This document shows, piece by piece, positions 26,099 to 36,520 of a stretch of 64,000 bases of DNA (the first letter of the stretch is position 1; each line of letters opens with the position of its first letter). This DNA is from an uncultured Eubacteriales bacterium. GTDB taxonomy: Bacteria > Bacillota > Clostridia > Christensenellales > CAG-138. The notes beneath the pieces were generated by a model that was not told the DNA's origin, searched no databases, and saw only the letters and a program-made list of their open reading frames with translations. The stretch is taken from assembly GCA_902798825.1 (NCBI GenBank), contig CADBYI010000002.1, positions 10,545 to 74,544 of the forward strand, written 5' to 3'. The position numbers and the translations under genes were made by a program.

Positions 26099-26804
26099 AA
26101 AGGGACGGCGTCCCAACAACGAGGACGAGGTGTTCACCCGCTTCGACCCTCGCTATCCCCTGATCGCCGCCGTATCCGACGGTATGGGCGGCCATGCGGC
26201 AGGTGAAGTGGCCAGCCGCATCTCTATCGAAGCCCTGGATATGTGGACCAGGGAGCTGTGCGATGCGCCTCAAAACGTGCTGGTGGACGCCTTTTTCAAC
26301 GCCAACGCCCAGGTCATCTCCGCTGCGGAGCAGGAAAAGAAATATCGTGGCATGGGCGCCACCCTGGTGGCCGCTATCTTCTATCACGATCACTTTATCA
26401 CAGCTAATATCGGAGATTCACGGCTGTACCTGGTATCGGGCAACGATATGCGCCAGGTCACCTTCGATCACTCCTATGTCCAGGAGCTGGTACGAAGGGG
26501 CTTTCTCACTGCGGAGGAGGCGCGAAACCATCCTCGAAAGAATGTGATCACCCGGTGCATCGGCACGGAGTCCTCCTTTGAGCCCGATGTGTTCTATACC
26601 CGCTGGAACCCAAAGGATCTGGTGCTGCTTTGCTCTGACGGCCTTTGCGACGTGCTCACGGAGGCGGATATGCTGTCCCTCATCCAGCGGGAAACGGACT
26701 TGGACACCCTCTGTCGGTCCCTATACGCTGCCGCCTATGAGAAGGGCAGCTCCGACAACATCTCCCTGGTCCTGGTGCGCAACGAAGGAGGTGTGGAGCT
26801 GTGA
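26076..26804 (+). CDS. prpC: PP2C Ser/Thr phosphatase (Stp1/PrpC)
   Basis: GRRPNNED, DGMGG, GDSR, CSDGL, DNIS. Confidence 0.93.
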   Translation: MRYSSLSEKGRRPNNEDEVFTRFDPRYPLIAAVSDGMGGHAAGEVASRISIEALDMWTRELCDAPQNVLVDAFFNANAQVISAAEQEKKYRGMGATLVAAIFYHDHFITANIGDSRLYLVSGNDMRQVTFDHSYVQELVRRGFLTAEEARNHPRKNVITRCIGTESSFEPDVFYTRWNPKDLVLLCSDGLCDVLTEADMLSLIQRETDLDTLCRSLYAAAYEKGSSDNISLVLVRNEGGVEL

Positions 26805-28348
26805 TCCCGGATATCATCGACGGCAAGTATCGCGTCATCCGTGAGGTGGGCAGCGGCGGCATGGCTCACGTCTATCGGGCCATCAACATGTCCTCCCGTA
26901 AGGTAGTGGCGGTGAAGATGCTCAAGGAGGAGTATCTCAACGACAAGGAGTTCCTACGCAGATTCGATCGGGAGGCACGGGCCAGCCTGGAGCTCTCCCA
27001 TGAGAATATCGTCCGCGCCTATGGCGTAGGCGAAGACAACGGCGTGCCCTACATCGTGTTGGAGTATGTGGAAGGGAAAACCCTGAAGGATCTGATTCAG
27101 GAGAGCCCCGCCGGGCATCTCTCCGTCCAGCAGGCCATCGGTATCTGCAGCCAGATACTGGACGCCCTTTCCTATGCCCACGCCCACGGCATCATCCATC
27201 GGGACGTGAAGCCGCAGAACGTCATCGTCACCAACCGGGGCAAGGCGAAGCTGGCCGACTTCGGTATCGCCCGGGAGGTCACGGCCAGCACCGTCACCTT
27301 CTCCGGAAAGAACGTGATCGGTTCCGTACACTATATCTCTCCGGAGCAGGCCAAGGGGCTGCCCGCCACGGAGGAAAGCGACATCTATTCCGCCGGCATC
27401 TCCCTCTATGAGATGCTCACCGGTACGGTCCCCTTCATCGGCGATACCACGGTGTCAACGGCGCTGATGCATCTTTCCAACGAACCGGAGCCGCCTCGGG
27501 AGCTGAACCCCTCCATTCCCCCTGCCCTCAACGACATCGTCTTGCGGGCCCTGGAGAAGGATCCCCAGATGCGCTATGCCAGCGCCAAGCTCATGCGCTC
27601 CGATCTCATTCGGTCTCTGACCCATCCCAACGGCACCTTTGCCCGGGACAGGGAGTCCAAGGAGACCAGAACCCCCGGACGGCGCATGTCCCTTTCCGTG
27701 TACGCCTGGATATCCATATCCGTGTTTACCCCTATTTTGGTCATCTTCCTGGCCTATCTCGGCTATGTGAACCATTGGTGCGCCGGCAGCGAGGACGTGG
27801 AGGATCTGATCCTTCCCTCCCCCAGCCTGGAGGCCACGGTGGAAAGCGTGACCGTATCCGGTTCCAATCAGCCCACAGCGACCCCCGCCGGAAAGCTTAT
27901 GCCCACGGTGATGGGGCAACGACTGGACGACGCCCTTAAGGCCGTGCACGATATAGGTTTCTCGGATATCTTCGTGTCCATCGAGTATGCGGCCAACGAT
28001 CCAAGGGTCGGCACCATCGTTCAGCAGAGCGCCCAGGCCAACACCGTTCCCGATACGAACGTGCCCGTTTACCTCACGCTCCTGCTGGAAAAGCACGGCA
28101 AGTATAAGGCGGACATCGCCTTTATGCTGGATATTCCTGAAAACGACTCCCGTGTGCAGATCGTGTATAGAACCAGCAACACGGAGAACATCGACTATTC
28201 CGTAATCCTGTACGATACCCTAAGGACGAAGGAGACCATGGTCTCCATCAGCGCCACGGTATACAGCAACGATCCTGCCACCCGGACCCTGTACCTTCTG
28301 GTGAACGGAACGGAAGCGAGAGCCCAGGATGTGAAGTTTTCGGAGTAA
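26801..28348 (+). CDS. prkC: Hanks-type Ser/Thr kinase PrkC/PknB with a single recognisable PASTA
   Basis: GSGGMA, HRDVKPQN, DFG, GSVHYISPEQ, TM helix, MPTVMGQRLDDA PASTA start. Confidence 0.92.
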   Translation: MIPDIIDGKYRVIREVGSGGMAHVYRAINMSSRKVVAVKMLKEEYLNDKEFLRRFDREARASLELSHENIVRAYGVGEDNGVPYIVLEYVEGKTLKDLIQESPAGHLSVQQAIGICSQILDALSYAHAHGIIHRDVKPQNVIVTNRGKAKLADFGIAREVTASTVTFSGKNVIGSVHYISPEQAKGLPATEESDIYSAGISLYEMLTGTVPFIGDTTVSTALMHLSNEPEPPRELNPSIPPALNDIVLRALEKDPQMRYASAKLMRSDLIRSLTHPNGTFARDRESKETRTPGRRMSLSVYAWISISVFTPILVIFLAYLGYVNHWCAGSEDVEDLILPSPSLEATVESVTVSGSNQPTATPAGKLMPTVMGQRLDDALKAVHDIGFSDIFVSIEYAANDPRVGTIVQQSAQANTVPDTNVPVYLTLLLEKHGKYKADIAFMLDIPENDSRVQIVYRTSNTENIDYSVILYDTLRTKETMVSISATVYSNDPATRTLYLLVNGTEARAQDVKFSE

Positions 28349-28354
28349 AAGGCG

Positions 28355-29221
28355 ATGGAAGGGTCTATCATAAAGGGTGTGGGAGGGTTTTACTACGTTT
28401 CCACCGACCAGGGGGTGATCACCTGTAAGGCAAAGGGCGCCTTTCGTCGGGAGGGGATCGCGCCTGTGGTGGGGGACCGGGTCAGCATCGTGGCTCACGA
28501 ATCCGGATACGCCCACATTGAGGAGATACTCCCCCGCCGAAATCTGCTGATCCGTCCGGCTGTGTCCAACATCGACCGACTTCTCATCGTCCTGTCCGCC
28601 CACCTGCCCGAGCCGGATTGGCTGTTGTGCGACAAGCTCATCGTGCAGGCCGTGATGAACCATATCGAACCGATAATCGTTCTAAACAAGGCGGATGAGG
28701 CTGTGGCGGACATTCAGGAGGCCTTTCGGAGGGAGTATCGGTTGTTCCCGCGGATCGAGGTTTCCGCCCTGTCGGGAGAGGGGCTCCCGGCTTTGAAGGA
28801 AGCCATTCGGGGGAAGATCTGCTGCTTTGCCGGTCAATCCGCCGTGGGGAAATCCTCTCTCATGAACGCCTTGCTGCCGGAACTGGCGCTGCCCGTTGGG
28901 GAGTTGACCCGCAAAACAGACCGGGGCAAGCATACCACCCGGCACGCCCAGCTGTGGCCATGCTTCGGCGGCGCGCTGCTGGATACCCCCGGGTTCTCCC
29001 TCTATGAACCGGAAAGCTTCGACGAAAAGCTGCTTCAAAGCTGCTATCCGGAGTTTAGGGAGGCAGAACCCTGCCGGTTCCTGGGCTGTATGCACATCAG
29101 CGAGCCCGGGTGCGGAGTAAAGGCGCTGCTTGCTGACGGCCGCCTGTCTCCGGCCCGATATGAACGATACGTTGAGATCGCGAAAGATTTTATCTTCAGG
29201 AGGAAACACCAATATGATTAA
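28355..29221 (+). CDS. rsgA: Ribosome small subunit-dependent GTPase A
   Basis: NKAD, GQSAVGKSS, GKHTT, DTPG, CRFLGCMHISEPGC. Confidence 0.95.
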   Translation: MEGSIIKGVGGFYYVSTDQGVITCKAKGAFRREGIAPVVGDRVSIVAHESGYAHIEEILPRRNLLIRPAVSNIDRLLIVLSAHLPEPDWLLCDKLIVQAVMNHIEPIIVLNKADEAVADIQEAFRREYRLFPRIEVSALSGEGLPALKEAIRGKICCFAGQSAVGKSSLMNALLPELALPVGELTRKTDRGKHTTRHAQLWPCFGGALLDTPGFSLYEPESFDEKLLQSCYPEFREAEPCRFLGCMHISEPGCGVKALLADGRLSPARYERYVEIAKDFIFRRKHQYD

Positions 29222-29858
29222 GATCGCCCCCTCCATCCTGTCCGCCGACTTTGCCCACATGGGCCAGGCTGTACAAATGCTGGAAAAAAGCGGTGCGGAC
29301 TATATCCACTTCGACGTGATGGATGGCCATTTCGTGCCCAATCTCACCTTCGGTCCCCCCATGTGCAAGGCTTTGCGCCCCTTGACGAAGCTACCCCTGG
29401 ACGTGCATCTGATGGTGGAGCGCCCCGGCGACTGGGTTTCCCGTTTTCGGGATGCGGGGGCGGATATCGTCACCTTCCACGTGGAGGCGGAGCGGCATAT
29501 CCATCGGGTGCTTCAATCCATCCACGACGGGGGCATGAAGGCGGGCGTGGTGCTGAACCCGGCCACCCCCCTGTCCATGTGCGAAGACGTTTTGGATGAG
29601 TGCGACATGGTCCTGCTTATGAGCGTAAACCCGGGATTCGGCGGACAAAAGTTCATACCCCATGTGTTGAAAAAGATAGAGAAACTGAACGACATGAAGC
29701 TCGTACATGGCTTGCGCTTCGATATCGAGGTGGACGGCGGCGTGAACGAACAGACGGCGCCCCTTTGCCGAAACGCCGGCGCCACCGTGCTGGTGGCAGG
29801 CAACGCCGTGTTTTCGGCTTCCGACCCCGGGGAGATGATTCGCAGGCTCCGTGGCTGA
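29214..29858 (+). CDS. rpe: Ribulose-phosphate 3-epimerase
   Basis: APSILSADF, HFDVMDGHFVPN, MSVNPGFGGQ, VDGG. Confidence 0.96.
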   Translation: MIKIAPSILSADFAHMGQAVQMLEKSGADYIHFDVMDGHFVPNLTFGPPMCKALRPLTKLPLDVHLMVERPGDWVSRFRDAGADIVTFHVEAERHIHRVLQSIHDGGMKAGVVLNPATPLSMCEDVLDECDMVLLMSVNPGFGGQKFIPHVLKKIEKLNDMKLVHGLRFDIEVDGGVNEQTAPLCRNAGATVLVAGNAVFSASDPGEMIRRLRG

Positions 29859-30681
29859 TTTAAGAACCATTTTTGTACGAATCAAAGGCTTTGCCCGAAC
29901 GCTGCACCAGCGGGGTATCGTGACCCATGCCGCGTCGGGCGCCTTCTATACGTTTTTGTCCCTGTTCCCCCTGACGGCTCTTGCCGCCTCCCTGATGCCC
30001 TGCGTGGGTATCTCGCAGGCGGCTTTGTTTCATTTACTGGAAGGGTTTGTGCCCTCTGGGGTATCCGCCCTGCTGCAGGCGATCCTGTCCAACGTGTATC
30101 AAAACGTCTTCCCCGCCCTGCCGGTGTCCCTGCTGGTGCTCCTTTGGTCCGCCGCCCGATCCTTTTCGGAGTTGCTGCGGGGCATGGCCGCCATGGCAGG
30201 CGATCCTGCGGTTCGGTATCTGCGGCGGCATCTTAGGGCCATCCTGCTGACGATGGCCCTTTTGCTGACGCTGCTGTTGTCCCTTTCCCTGCTGATTTTC
30301 GGGGCCAAGATCGCCGTGGGCATGGAACGCATGGCCCCAAAAGCCGTCGTGGGAATATGGGCCCTTGTTCTCCGTCTCCGTTACATCGGCATGACGGCCC
30401 TGCTGTGGCTCCTGTTCGTCTTTTTATTCCGATCCATCCCCAATTGTTCGTTCACGTTCCAAGAGGTACGATTGGCCGCCGCCCTTTCAGCGGCCGCATG
30501 GATACTCTTTTCTGCCCTCTTCTCCCTGTATGCCAGCTATCTTTTGGATCTGTCCCTTTACGGAAGTATGGCGACCATGGTGGTGACCATGCTGTGGCTG
30601 TTCTACTGCCAATATATCCTTTTGATCGGGGCCGGCATATGCGCTTATACGCAAAAGAAAGCGGAAGCTGACACAAACTGA
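29851..30681 (+). CDS. YihY/virulence factor BrkB-family membrane protein
   Basis: AFYTFLSLFP, LWSA, LYGSMA, LWLF...ILLIGA. Confidence 0.8.
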   Translation: MADLRTIFVRIKGFARTLHQRGIVTHAASGAFYTFLSLFPLTALAASLMPCVGISQAALFHLLEGFVPSGVSALLQAILSNVYQNVFPALPVSLLVLLWSAARSFSELLRGMAAMAGDPAVRYLRRHLRAILLTMALLLTLLLSLSLLIFGAKIAVGMERMAPKAVVGIWALVLRLRYIGMTALLWLLFVFLFRSIPNCSFTFQEVRLAAALSAAAWILFSALFSLYASYLLDLSLYGSMATMVVTMLWLFYCQYILLIGAGICAYTQKKAEADTN

Positions 30682-30704
30682 CAGCTTCCGCGGGATACAT
30701 CTCT

Positions 30705-33068
30705 CTATTTCAGGGTAACCACCGTGACACCGGCGTCCCCCTCCCCGTAGGCCCCGATCCGATAGGATTTGACCCGAGGATGATTCTTGAGGTACGCCTG
30801 AATACCGGCTCGAAGGGCGCCGGTACCCTTGCCGTGGATCACGTTGAATTCCTTTCGTCCGTTCCGCACACACATATCGATGTATCGATCCACCTCCAGC
30901 ATCCCGTCGTCCACGGTCATACCCCGAAGGTCCAGGTCCATCTTGACCTCCTGTATGTCCTGCAGGATGGGTTTGCTAATCACTTGAGGCCGCTTTTTCT
31001 TCGCCTTGGGCAGGGTCCTTAGGTCCGACAGGGGCACGTTCATCTTGATGACTCCCGCCTGTATCTGGACCATGCCCCGGGCATCCGGCGCCTTCAGCAC
31101 GGTGGCTGTGTTGTGGATGCTAACGATCTCGTAGGTCTCCCCTACCTTCACGTCCTTGGGCGTCTCTCCCAGATCGTCCGCGGTTAGGGGCGTGTCCGCC
31201 AAATCGTTTTCAGAGGCCCGTATACCGTCCCGCGCCTTCTGGATGGCCCGTTCAAGTGCTCGCGCATCGATGTTTTTGATGGACCGTAGTTCAACGATCA
31301 GCTGCTCCATCTCCCGCCGGGTCTGCCGCACGATATCCCGGGCGTCCTCACGGGCCCTGCTGCGCAGAAGCCCCCGCTCCTCGTCCAGCTTTCGCTTCTC
31401 CTTCTCATAGTCGTTTCGAAGCTTTTCCGCCTCCCACAGGGCCAGCTGGGCGTCGTGACGGGATTGCTCGGCTATCCGGCGCTGCTCCTCGGCTCCACTC
31501 AACACATCCTCAAAGGCCACGTCCTCCTTCTTGAGGAACTGTCTGGCCCGCTCGATGACCTCGTCTGAAAGGCCCAGCCGCTGGCTGATCTCAAAGGCGT
31601 TGGATTTGCCGGGGATACCGATATAGAGCTTATAGGTGGGACAGAGCCGGTCCACGTCGAACTCCATGGAGGCGTTCTGCATGCCCTCCCGGGCTAGGGC
31701 GAAGGCCTTGATCTCGCTGTAATGGGTGGTGGCCATGGTGCGGCAGCCCTGGGCCTGAAGCCGTTCCAAAATGGCCTGGGCAAGGGCGGCCCCTTCCAGC
31801 GGGTCCGTGCCTGCGCCAAGCTCGTCCAGCAGCACCAGTGTGTGGTCGTCGGCCTGCTGGATGATGGTGACCAGATTGGTCATGTGGGCGCTGAAGGTGG
31901 ACAGGCTTTGCTCGATGGATTGTTCGTCGCCGATATCTGCAAAGACCTGATCGAAGATGGAGACCTGGCTCCCCTCCTCCGCAGGCAGGAACAGGCCGCA
32001 CATGGCCATGAGGGTAAAGAGCCCCACGGTCTTCAGCGTCACCGTCTTGCCGCCGGTGTTGGGACCGGTGATGATGAGGGTGTCGAAATCCTCCCCCAGC
32101 CACAGGGTGACGGGCACCACCTTCTCCCTGTCGATCAGGGGATGCCGGGCGTTGTTGAGCCGGATGCGGCCCTCCTCATTGAGCTTGGGACGAACGCCGC
32201 CGTAGTCCCGTGCCAGCATGGCCTTGGCGAAGATGCAGTCCAGCCTGCCTAAGAGTTGAAGACTGTCATACAGCTCGTCAGCATAGGGCTGCAAAAGGGC
32301 CGTGAGCCCCGCCAAAATGCGCTCCATCTCCTTCTTCTCGTCCAGCAGGAGCTTTTTATACTCGTTTCCCAGCTCCACCACCGCCGCCGGCTCGATGAAC
32401 AGGGTCTGGCCTGTGCCGCTTTGGTCGTGGATGAGGCCGGGGATCTGCCGCCGATGCTCCGCCTTCACCGGTATGGTGTAGCGACCGTTGCGCATGGTGA
32501 TGATGGCGTCTTGAAGGTATTTCTGTTCCCCGGCGCTGCGGATGATGCTGTTCAGCTTATCCCGCACCTTTTCCGTGGTCAGCTTCATCTGCCGCCGGAT
32601 CCTGGCCAGCTCCGGAGACGCATTGTCCGCCATCTCCTCCTCGGAGAGGATGCACCGGGCGATCTCGTTTTCAATGGAGGGCTGTGCCGTGAGACGGTTG
32701 GCCAGCAGGCACAAAAGGCCGTCCCCGCCCTGCTCCTTGCCGCCCAGGATGGCTTCCCTGGTCCGACGGGAGACCTTGAGGCACCGCTCCGCATTCAGCA
32801 GCTCCCCCATGGACAGGGCCAGCACCGCGCTCATGCGCCGAAGACTTCCCCTTATATCGGGGAACACATCCAGGGGCGTATGTCCCAAACGCCAGTAAAT
32901 GGACTCCGCCTCCGTGGTCTCCTGCAACAGGCGCTCCGCCTCATGCAGGGAGGCAACCGGCACAAGGGTATCCACCGCAGCCTTCCCTAGGTCGGAAACG
33001 GCGTATGCCCTAAGAAGGGTTTGAATTTTATCCAGTTCAAGGGTCCGTATGGTTCTTTGCGATATCAT
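30705..33068 (-). CDS. mutS2: Endonuclease/ribosome-collision factor MutS2
   Basis: ITGPNTGGKT, QSLSTFS, DELGAGTDP, KOW and C-terminal Smr domain IHGKGTGAL. Start ATG 33068 or TTG 33074. Confidence 0.95.
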   Translation of the reverse strand: MISQRTIRTLELDKIQTLLRAYAVSDLGKAAVDTLVPVASLHEAERLLQETTEAESIYWRLGHTPLDVFPDIRGSLRRMSAVLALSMGELLNAERCLKVSRRTREAILGGKEQGGDGLLCLLANRLTAQPSIENEIARCILSEEEMADNASPELARIRRQMKLTTEKVRDKLNSIIRSAGEQKYLQDAIITMRNGRYTIPVKAEHRRQIPGLIHDQSGTGQTLFIEPAAVVELGNEYKKLLLDEKKEMERILAGLTALLQPYADELYDSLQLLGRLDCIFAKAMLARDYGGVRPKLNEEGRIRLNNARHPLIDREKVVPVTLWLGEDFDTLIITGPNTGGKTVTLKTVGLFTLMAMCGLFLPAEEGSQVSIFDQVFADIGDEQSIEQSLSTFSAHMTNLVTIIQQADDHTLVLLDELGAGTDPLEGAALAQAILERLQAQGCRTMATTHYSEIKAFALAREGMQNASMEFDVDRLCPTYKLYIGIPGKSNAFEISQRLGLSDEVIERARQFLKKEDVAFEDVLSGAEEQRRIAEQSRHDAQLALWEAEKLRNDYEKEKRKLDEERGLLRSRAREDARDIVRQTRREMEQLIVELRSIKNIDARALERAIQKARDGIRASENDLADTPLTADDLGETPKDVKVGETYEIVSIHNTATVLKAPDARGMVQIQAGVIKMNVPLSDLRTLPKAKKKRPQVISKPILQDIQEVKMDLDLRGMTVDDGMLEVDRYIDMCVRNGRKEFNVIHGKGTGALRAGIQAYLKNHPRVKSYRIGAYGEGDAGVTVVTLK

Positions 33069-33070
33069 CG

Positions 33071-34375
33071 TCAATGGTTGAATCTGTTCATATCGCCGAT
33101 GGTCACGGGGATCGTCAGGTATTCTCCCTCTCGATACACGGTGAAGACGACCACGTCGCCCACCAGCTTGGAGCGTACATATTCCACCACGTCGTCGTTC
33201 ACGTGGACCTCGATCTCATCGGCCTTGGTGATGATGTCTCCCACCTTGAGCCCCGCCTGGTCTGCCGGCGCGCCTTCGGTGAGCTCTTCGACGCGGCAGC
33301 CGGCGGGCACCAGATTCATCGCCGCCGTCTCCTCGTCCACGGTCCGGATCGTGACGCCGATGCCGGGGCGCACCATGCCGCCGTCCCGAAGGATCACGTT
33401 GGCGATCTCGATGACGTTTTGAATGGGCAGCGCAAAACCGATGCCCTCGGCGGAGATGCTGTTGCCGTTGGAATCATATCCGGCGGTGACGGACTTGGCA
33501 CTGTTCATGCCGATGACCTGGCCAGCCATATTGATGAGAGGGCCGCCGCTGTTGCCGAAGTTGATGGCGGCGTCGGTCTGCAGATAGGTGTTGACGAAGC
33601 CATCGATGTTGATTTCCCGGGCGGTGGCGCTGATGATGCCGAAGGTGACCGTACCGTATAGCTCATAGGCGCTCAATGGATTACCAATGGCGATCACATA
33701 CTCGCCCACCCGAAGGGCGTCGGAATCGCCTATGGGCAGAGCGGGGTAGTTCTCCCCCTCCACCTTCAACACTGCCACGTCCAATGTCACGTCGGCGCCC
33801 ACCACCAAGGCGGAAGATTTTTCACCGTTGGTGAAGAGCACGTCCACCGCCGCTGCGCCGTTGACCACATGGGCGTTGGTCAGGATATACCCATTTTCCG
33901 ACACGATGAAGCCGGAGCCGCTGCCATACTCCTCCAGCTTGCCGGTGCGCGCGTTGGGCTGGTACTGGATGATGCCTACCACGGACGCGGAAGCTGCCTC
34001 CACCACATCGGGGATGGAGGCGAAGGTCTGCATCTGGTCAGACTCCTGCACGTTCAGCTCCAGCTGGGGCAGTTCCTCCAAAACCTCGGGGTCAACCGTG
34101 GGCAACGGGGTGCTCTCGGCTGTCGGCAGATCCACGCCGGGCGTGGGCAGTGCAGGCGTCTCTGTACCCTGCTGATCGGGCTCTGCTTCAGGCTGGGCCG
34201 GCTCCTCCGTCTGGGCGGGGAAGGTCATGGCGGCCCTGGCCTCCCGGATGCGGAAAAACCCAGTGCCGATCACGGTGCACGCGACGAACAGGACGCACAT
34301 CAGGATGGACAAGCACCAGATCAGGGCGGATATGCCCTTGTCCTGTTTGGTTTGGTTGAGATGTTTAGGTTCCAT
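33071..34375 (-). CDS. htrA: Membrane-anchored HtrA/DegP-like serine protease with PDZ
   Basis: TNAHV, DVAV, QTDAAINFGNSGGP, PDZ. ATG at 34375 follows GGAGG. Confidence 0.9.
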   Translation of the reverse strand: MEPKHLNQTKQDKGISALIWCLSILMCVLFVACTVIGTGFFRIREARAAMTFPAQTEEPAQPEAEPDQQGTETPALPTPGVDLPTAESTPLPTVDPEVLEELPQLELNVQESDQMQTFASIPDVVEAASASVVGIIQYQPNARTGKLEEYGSGSGFIVSENGYILTNAHVVNGAAAVDVLFTNGEKSSALVVGADVTLDVAVLKVEGENYPALPIGDSDALRVGEYVIAIGNPLSAYELYGTVTFGIISATAREINIDGFVNTYLQTDAAINFGNSGGPLINMAGQVIGMNSAKSVTAGYDSNGNSISAEGIGFALPIQNVIEIANVILRDGGMVRPGIGVTIRTVDEETAAMNLVPAGCRVEELTEGAPADQAGLKVGDIITKADEIEVHVNDDVVEYVRSKLVGDVVVFTVYREGEYLTIPVTIGDMNRFNH

Positions 34376-35813
34376 TTTTTCTGCCTCCGTCTGTGACACG
34401 CTTCAGCGTGTTTGCTTTCTCCAATGTAAAGGTGAACTGGGTCCCCTTTCCCCGGGCGCTCTTGACCGTTATGGACTGTCCGTGTGCTTCGATGATCTTT
34501 TTCACGATGGCCAGCCCCAGCCCGGAGCCCACCTGGGGCGAAGGCGTGTGGGCCTTTTCCACCTTGTAGAATCGATCGAAGATGTGGGGCACGTCCTCCG
34601 CGGGAATCCCTACGCCGGTGTCGCGGATGGTGACATACACCTCCTTGCGCAGGGCATAGGTGGAAACGAGAAGCGTCCGTCCCTCTGGGGAATACTTGAT
34701 GGCGTTATCGACCAGGTTCCGCAGGACCTGTGATATCTGGTTGCTGTCCGCATACACGAAGCTCTGCTCATTGGCAAATCGCACGTCCAGCTCCATGCGC
34801 TTCTCCGAGATGCGGGCCTCGAAGGTGATGAGCGTCCGACGAATCAACTCATTGATATCAAACACCTCATAGTTGACCGTGATGATGCCGCTTTCGATCC
34901 TAGCTAAATCCAGCAGGTCGTTTACCATGGCCGTCATTCGCCGCGTTTCCGAAAGCACGATATCGATATAGTGATCATGCTCCTCGGGGGGGATGGTACC
35001 GTCCATCATGGCCTCCAAAAAGCCCTTCATGCTGGTGAGGGGTGATCGAAGCTCATGGGACACGTTGGCCACGAAGCTTTGACGGGTGACCTCCAAATTT
35101 TTCAGCTGGTCGGCCATCTCATTGAAGCTGCGTCCCAGCTGGGATGCCTCGTCCCGGCCCTGAACGGGAATACGCTGGGAAAAATCCCCCTTGGAATAGC
35201 ACTGGACGATATGGTTCATGTCCACAAAGGGATTGATGATCCGCTTGGCGATGAAGTAGGAGGAGAATAAAACCACAAAGGCGGCCACAACGCAGATGGC
35301 CAGCGTCCACAGCGCGATCTGGCGAAAGGCCTCGTTCCATCGGGTGATGTCGCTGTGTATGAGCAGGACCCCTTCCCTGTCCCCCTCGCCCATGCGGGCA
35401 TACACCGTGTATACGGGGAATTGGGCCCCATCGAAGTATCGCTCCATGGCCTCCGGCGCTTCGCCGCTGCGGCGCACCGCTTCCTCCGCTCGCGTGCTCT
35501 CTGCTGGAAGCTGAACAAGCGGCGCCCACTTTTCGTCCGCATAGGCGCTGATCGTTTCCTCTGGATACAGGGCCTGTATCAACAGCCCCCGTTCCTCCAC
35601 CAGGGGCGTCAGGGCTGTGGCGTCGCCGCCGTCCTTCAGCAGGACTATGGCTTGCTGCCCCTTCTCCACCAGTATATCCTTCTCCATATTCAGGCTCTGC
35701 ATACGGGAAACAAATCCGATCCCCAGCCCCAAAATGAGCAACAGAGAAAGGACCGTCACGCACTGCAAAAACAGCATACGGTCGAATATGGATTTGAAGC
35801 GGATTTTCGCCAT
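34365..35813 (-). CDS. Sensor histidine kinase (HAMP, HisKA, HATPase)
   Basis: SHELRSPL, NLVDNAIKY, DTGVGI, GSGLGL. Two TM helices. Confidence 0.93.
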   Translation of the reverse strand: MAKIRFKSIFDRMLFLQCVTVLSLLLILGLGIGFVSRMQSLNMEKDILVEKGQQAIVLLKDGGDATALTPLVEERGLLIQALYPEETISAYADEKWAPLVQLPAESTRAEEAVRRSGEAPEAMERYFDGAQFPVYTVYARMGEGDREGVLLIHSDITRWNEAFRQIALWTLAICVVAAFVVLFSSYFIAKRIINPFVDMNHIVQCYSKGDFSQRIPVQGRDEASQLGRSFNEMADQLKNLEVTRQSFVANVSHELRSPLTSMKGFLEAMMDGTIPPEEHDHYIDIVLSETRRMTAMVNDLLDLARIESGIITVNYEVFDINELIRRTLITFEARISEKRMELDVRFANEQSFVYADSNQISQVLRNLVDNAIKYSPEGRTLLVSTYALRKEVYVTIRDTGVGIPAEDVPHIFDRFYKVEKAHTPSPQVGSGLGLAIVKKIIEAHGQSITVKSARGKGTQFTFTLEKANTLKRVTDGGRKNGT

Positions 35814-35825
35814 GAAGAAAGGTCG

Positions 35826-36509
35826 TCAGGAATGGATCTCGAACTTATATCCCACGCCCCATACGGTCTTCAACTGCCAGCTTTGGCGCTCCCCCAGCTT
35901 CTCGCGGATCCGCTTCACGTGCACATCCACCGTGCGGGAATCGCCGAAGAAATCGAAGCCCCACACCTGTTCCAGCAGCTGCTCCCGGGTGAACACCTTC
36001 CCTGCATGGGAAGCCAGGAAGTATAGTAGCTCGATCTCCTTGGGCGGCATTTCCAGCTGTATACCGTCCAGGATCACGGAGTAGTTCTCCAGCGAAATGG
36101 ACAAGTCAGGCAGCACGATGGCCTTCTCCTGGTCAGCGGCGGGTACGCTGCGGCGAAGCACCGCCTTGATCCGGGCGATCAGCTCGTTGCTGTCAAAGGG
36201 CTTAGCGATATAGTCGTCGGCGCCCAGCTCCAATCCCCGGACCCGTTCGCCGGTATCGCCCTTGGCCGTCAGCATGATGACCGGTGTAGGAGACTCCTGT
36301 CGGATATCGTTGAGAATGGACCAGCCATCCCGCCCGGGCAGCATCACGTCCAGCACCACCAGCGTGGGCTTGACGCTGCGGAACGTGGACAGAGCGTCGT
36401 ACCCGGTGGCGCAGGTAGCCACGTTGAACCCGGCTTTTTTCAAATATAGCTCGAGGATGGAAAGAATGTTCCTGTCATCGTCGATCACGAGAATGGTGTT
36501 GTTATCCAT
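35826..36509 (-). CDS. OmpR-family response regulator
   Basis: IDDD, LDVMLP, GADDYIAKPF, RTVDVHVKRIREK, TVWGVGY. Confidence 0.95.
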   Translation of the reverse strand: MDNNTILVIDDDRNILSILELYLKKAGFNVATCATGYDALSTFRSVKPTLVVLDVMLPGRDGWSILNDIRQESPTPVIMLTAKGDTGERVRGLELGADDYIAKPFDSNELIARIKAVLRRSVPAADQEKAIVLPDLSISLENYSVILDGIQLEMPPKEIELLYFLASHAGKVFTREQLLEQVWGFDFFGDSRTVDVHVKRIREKLGERQSWQLKTVWGVGYKFEIHS

Positions 36510-36520
36510 AGGACCTCCTG

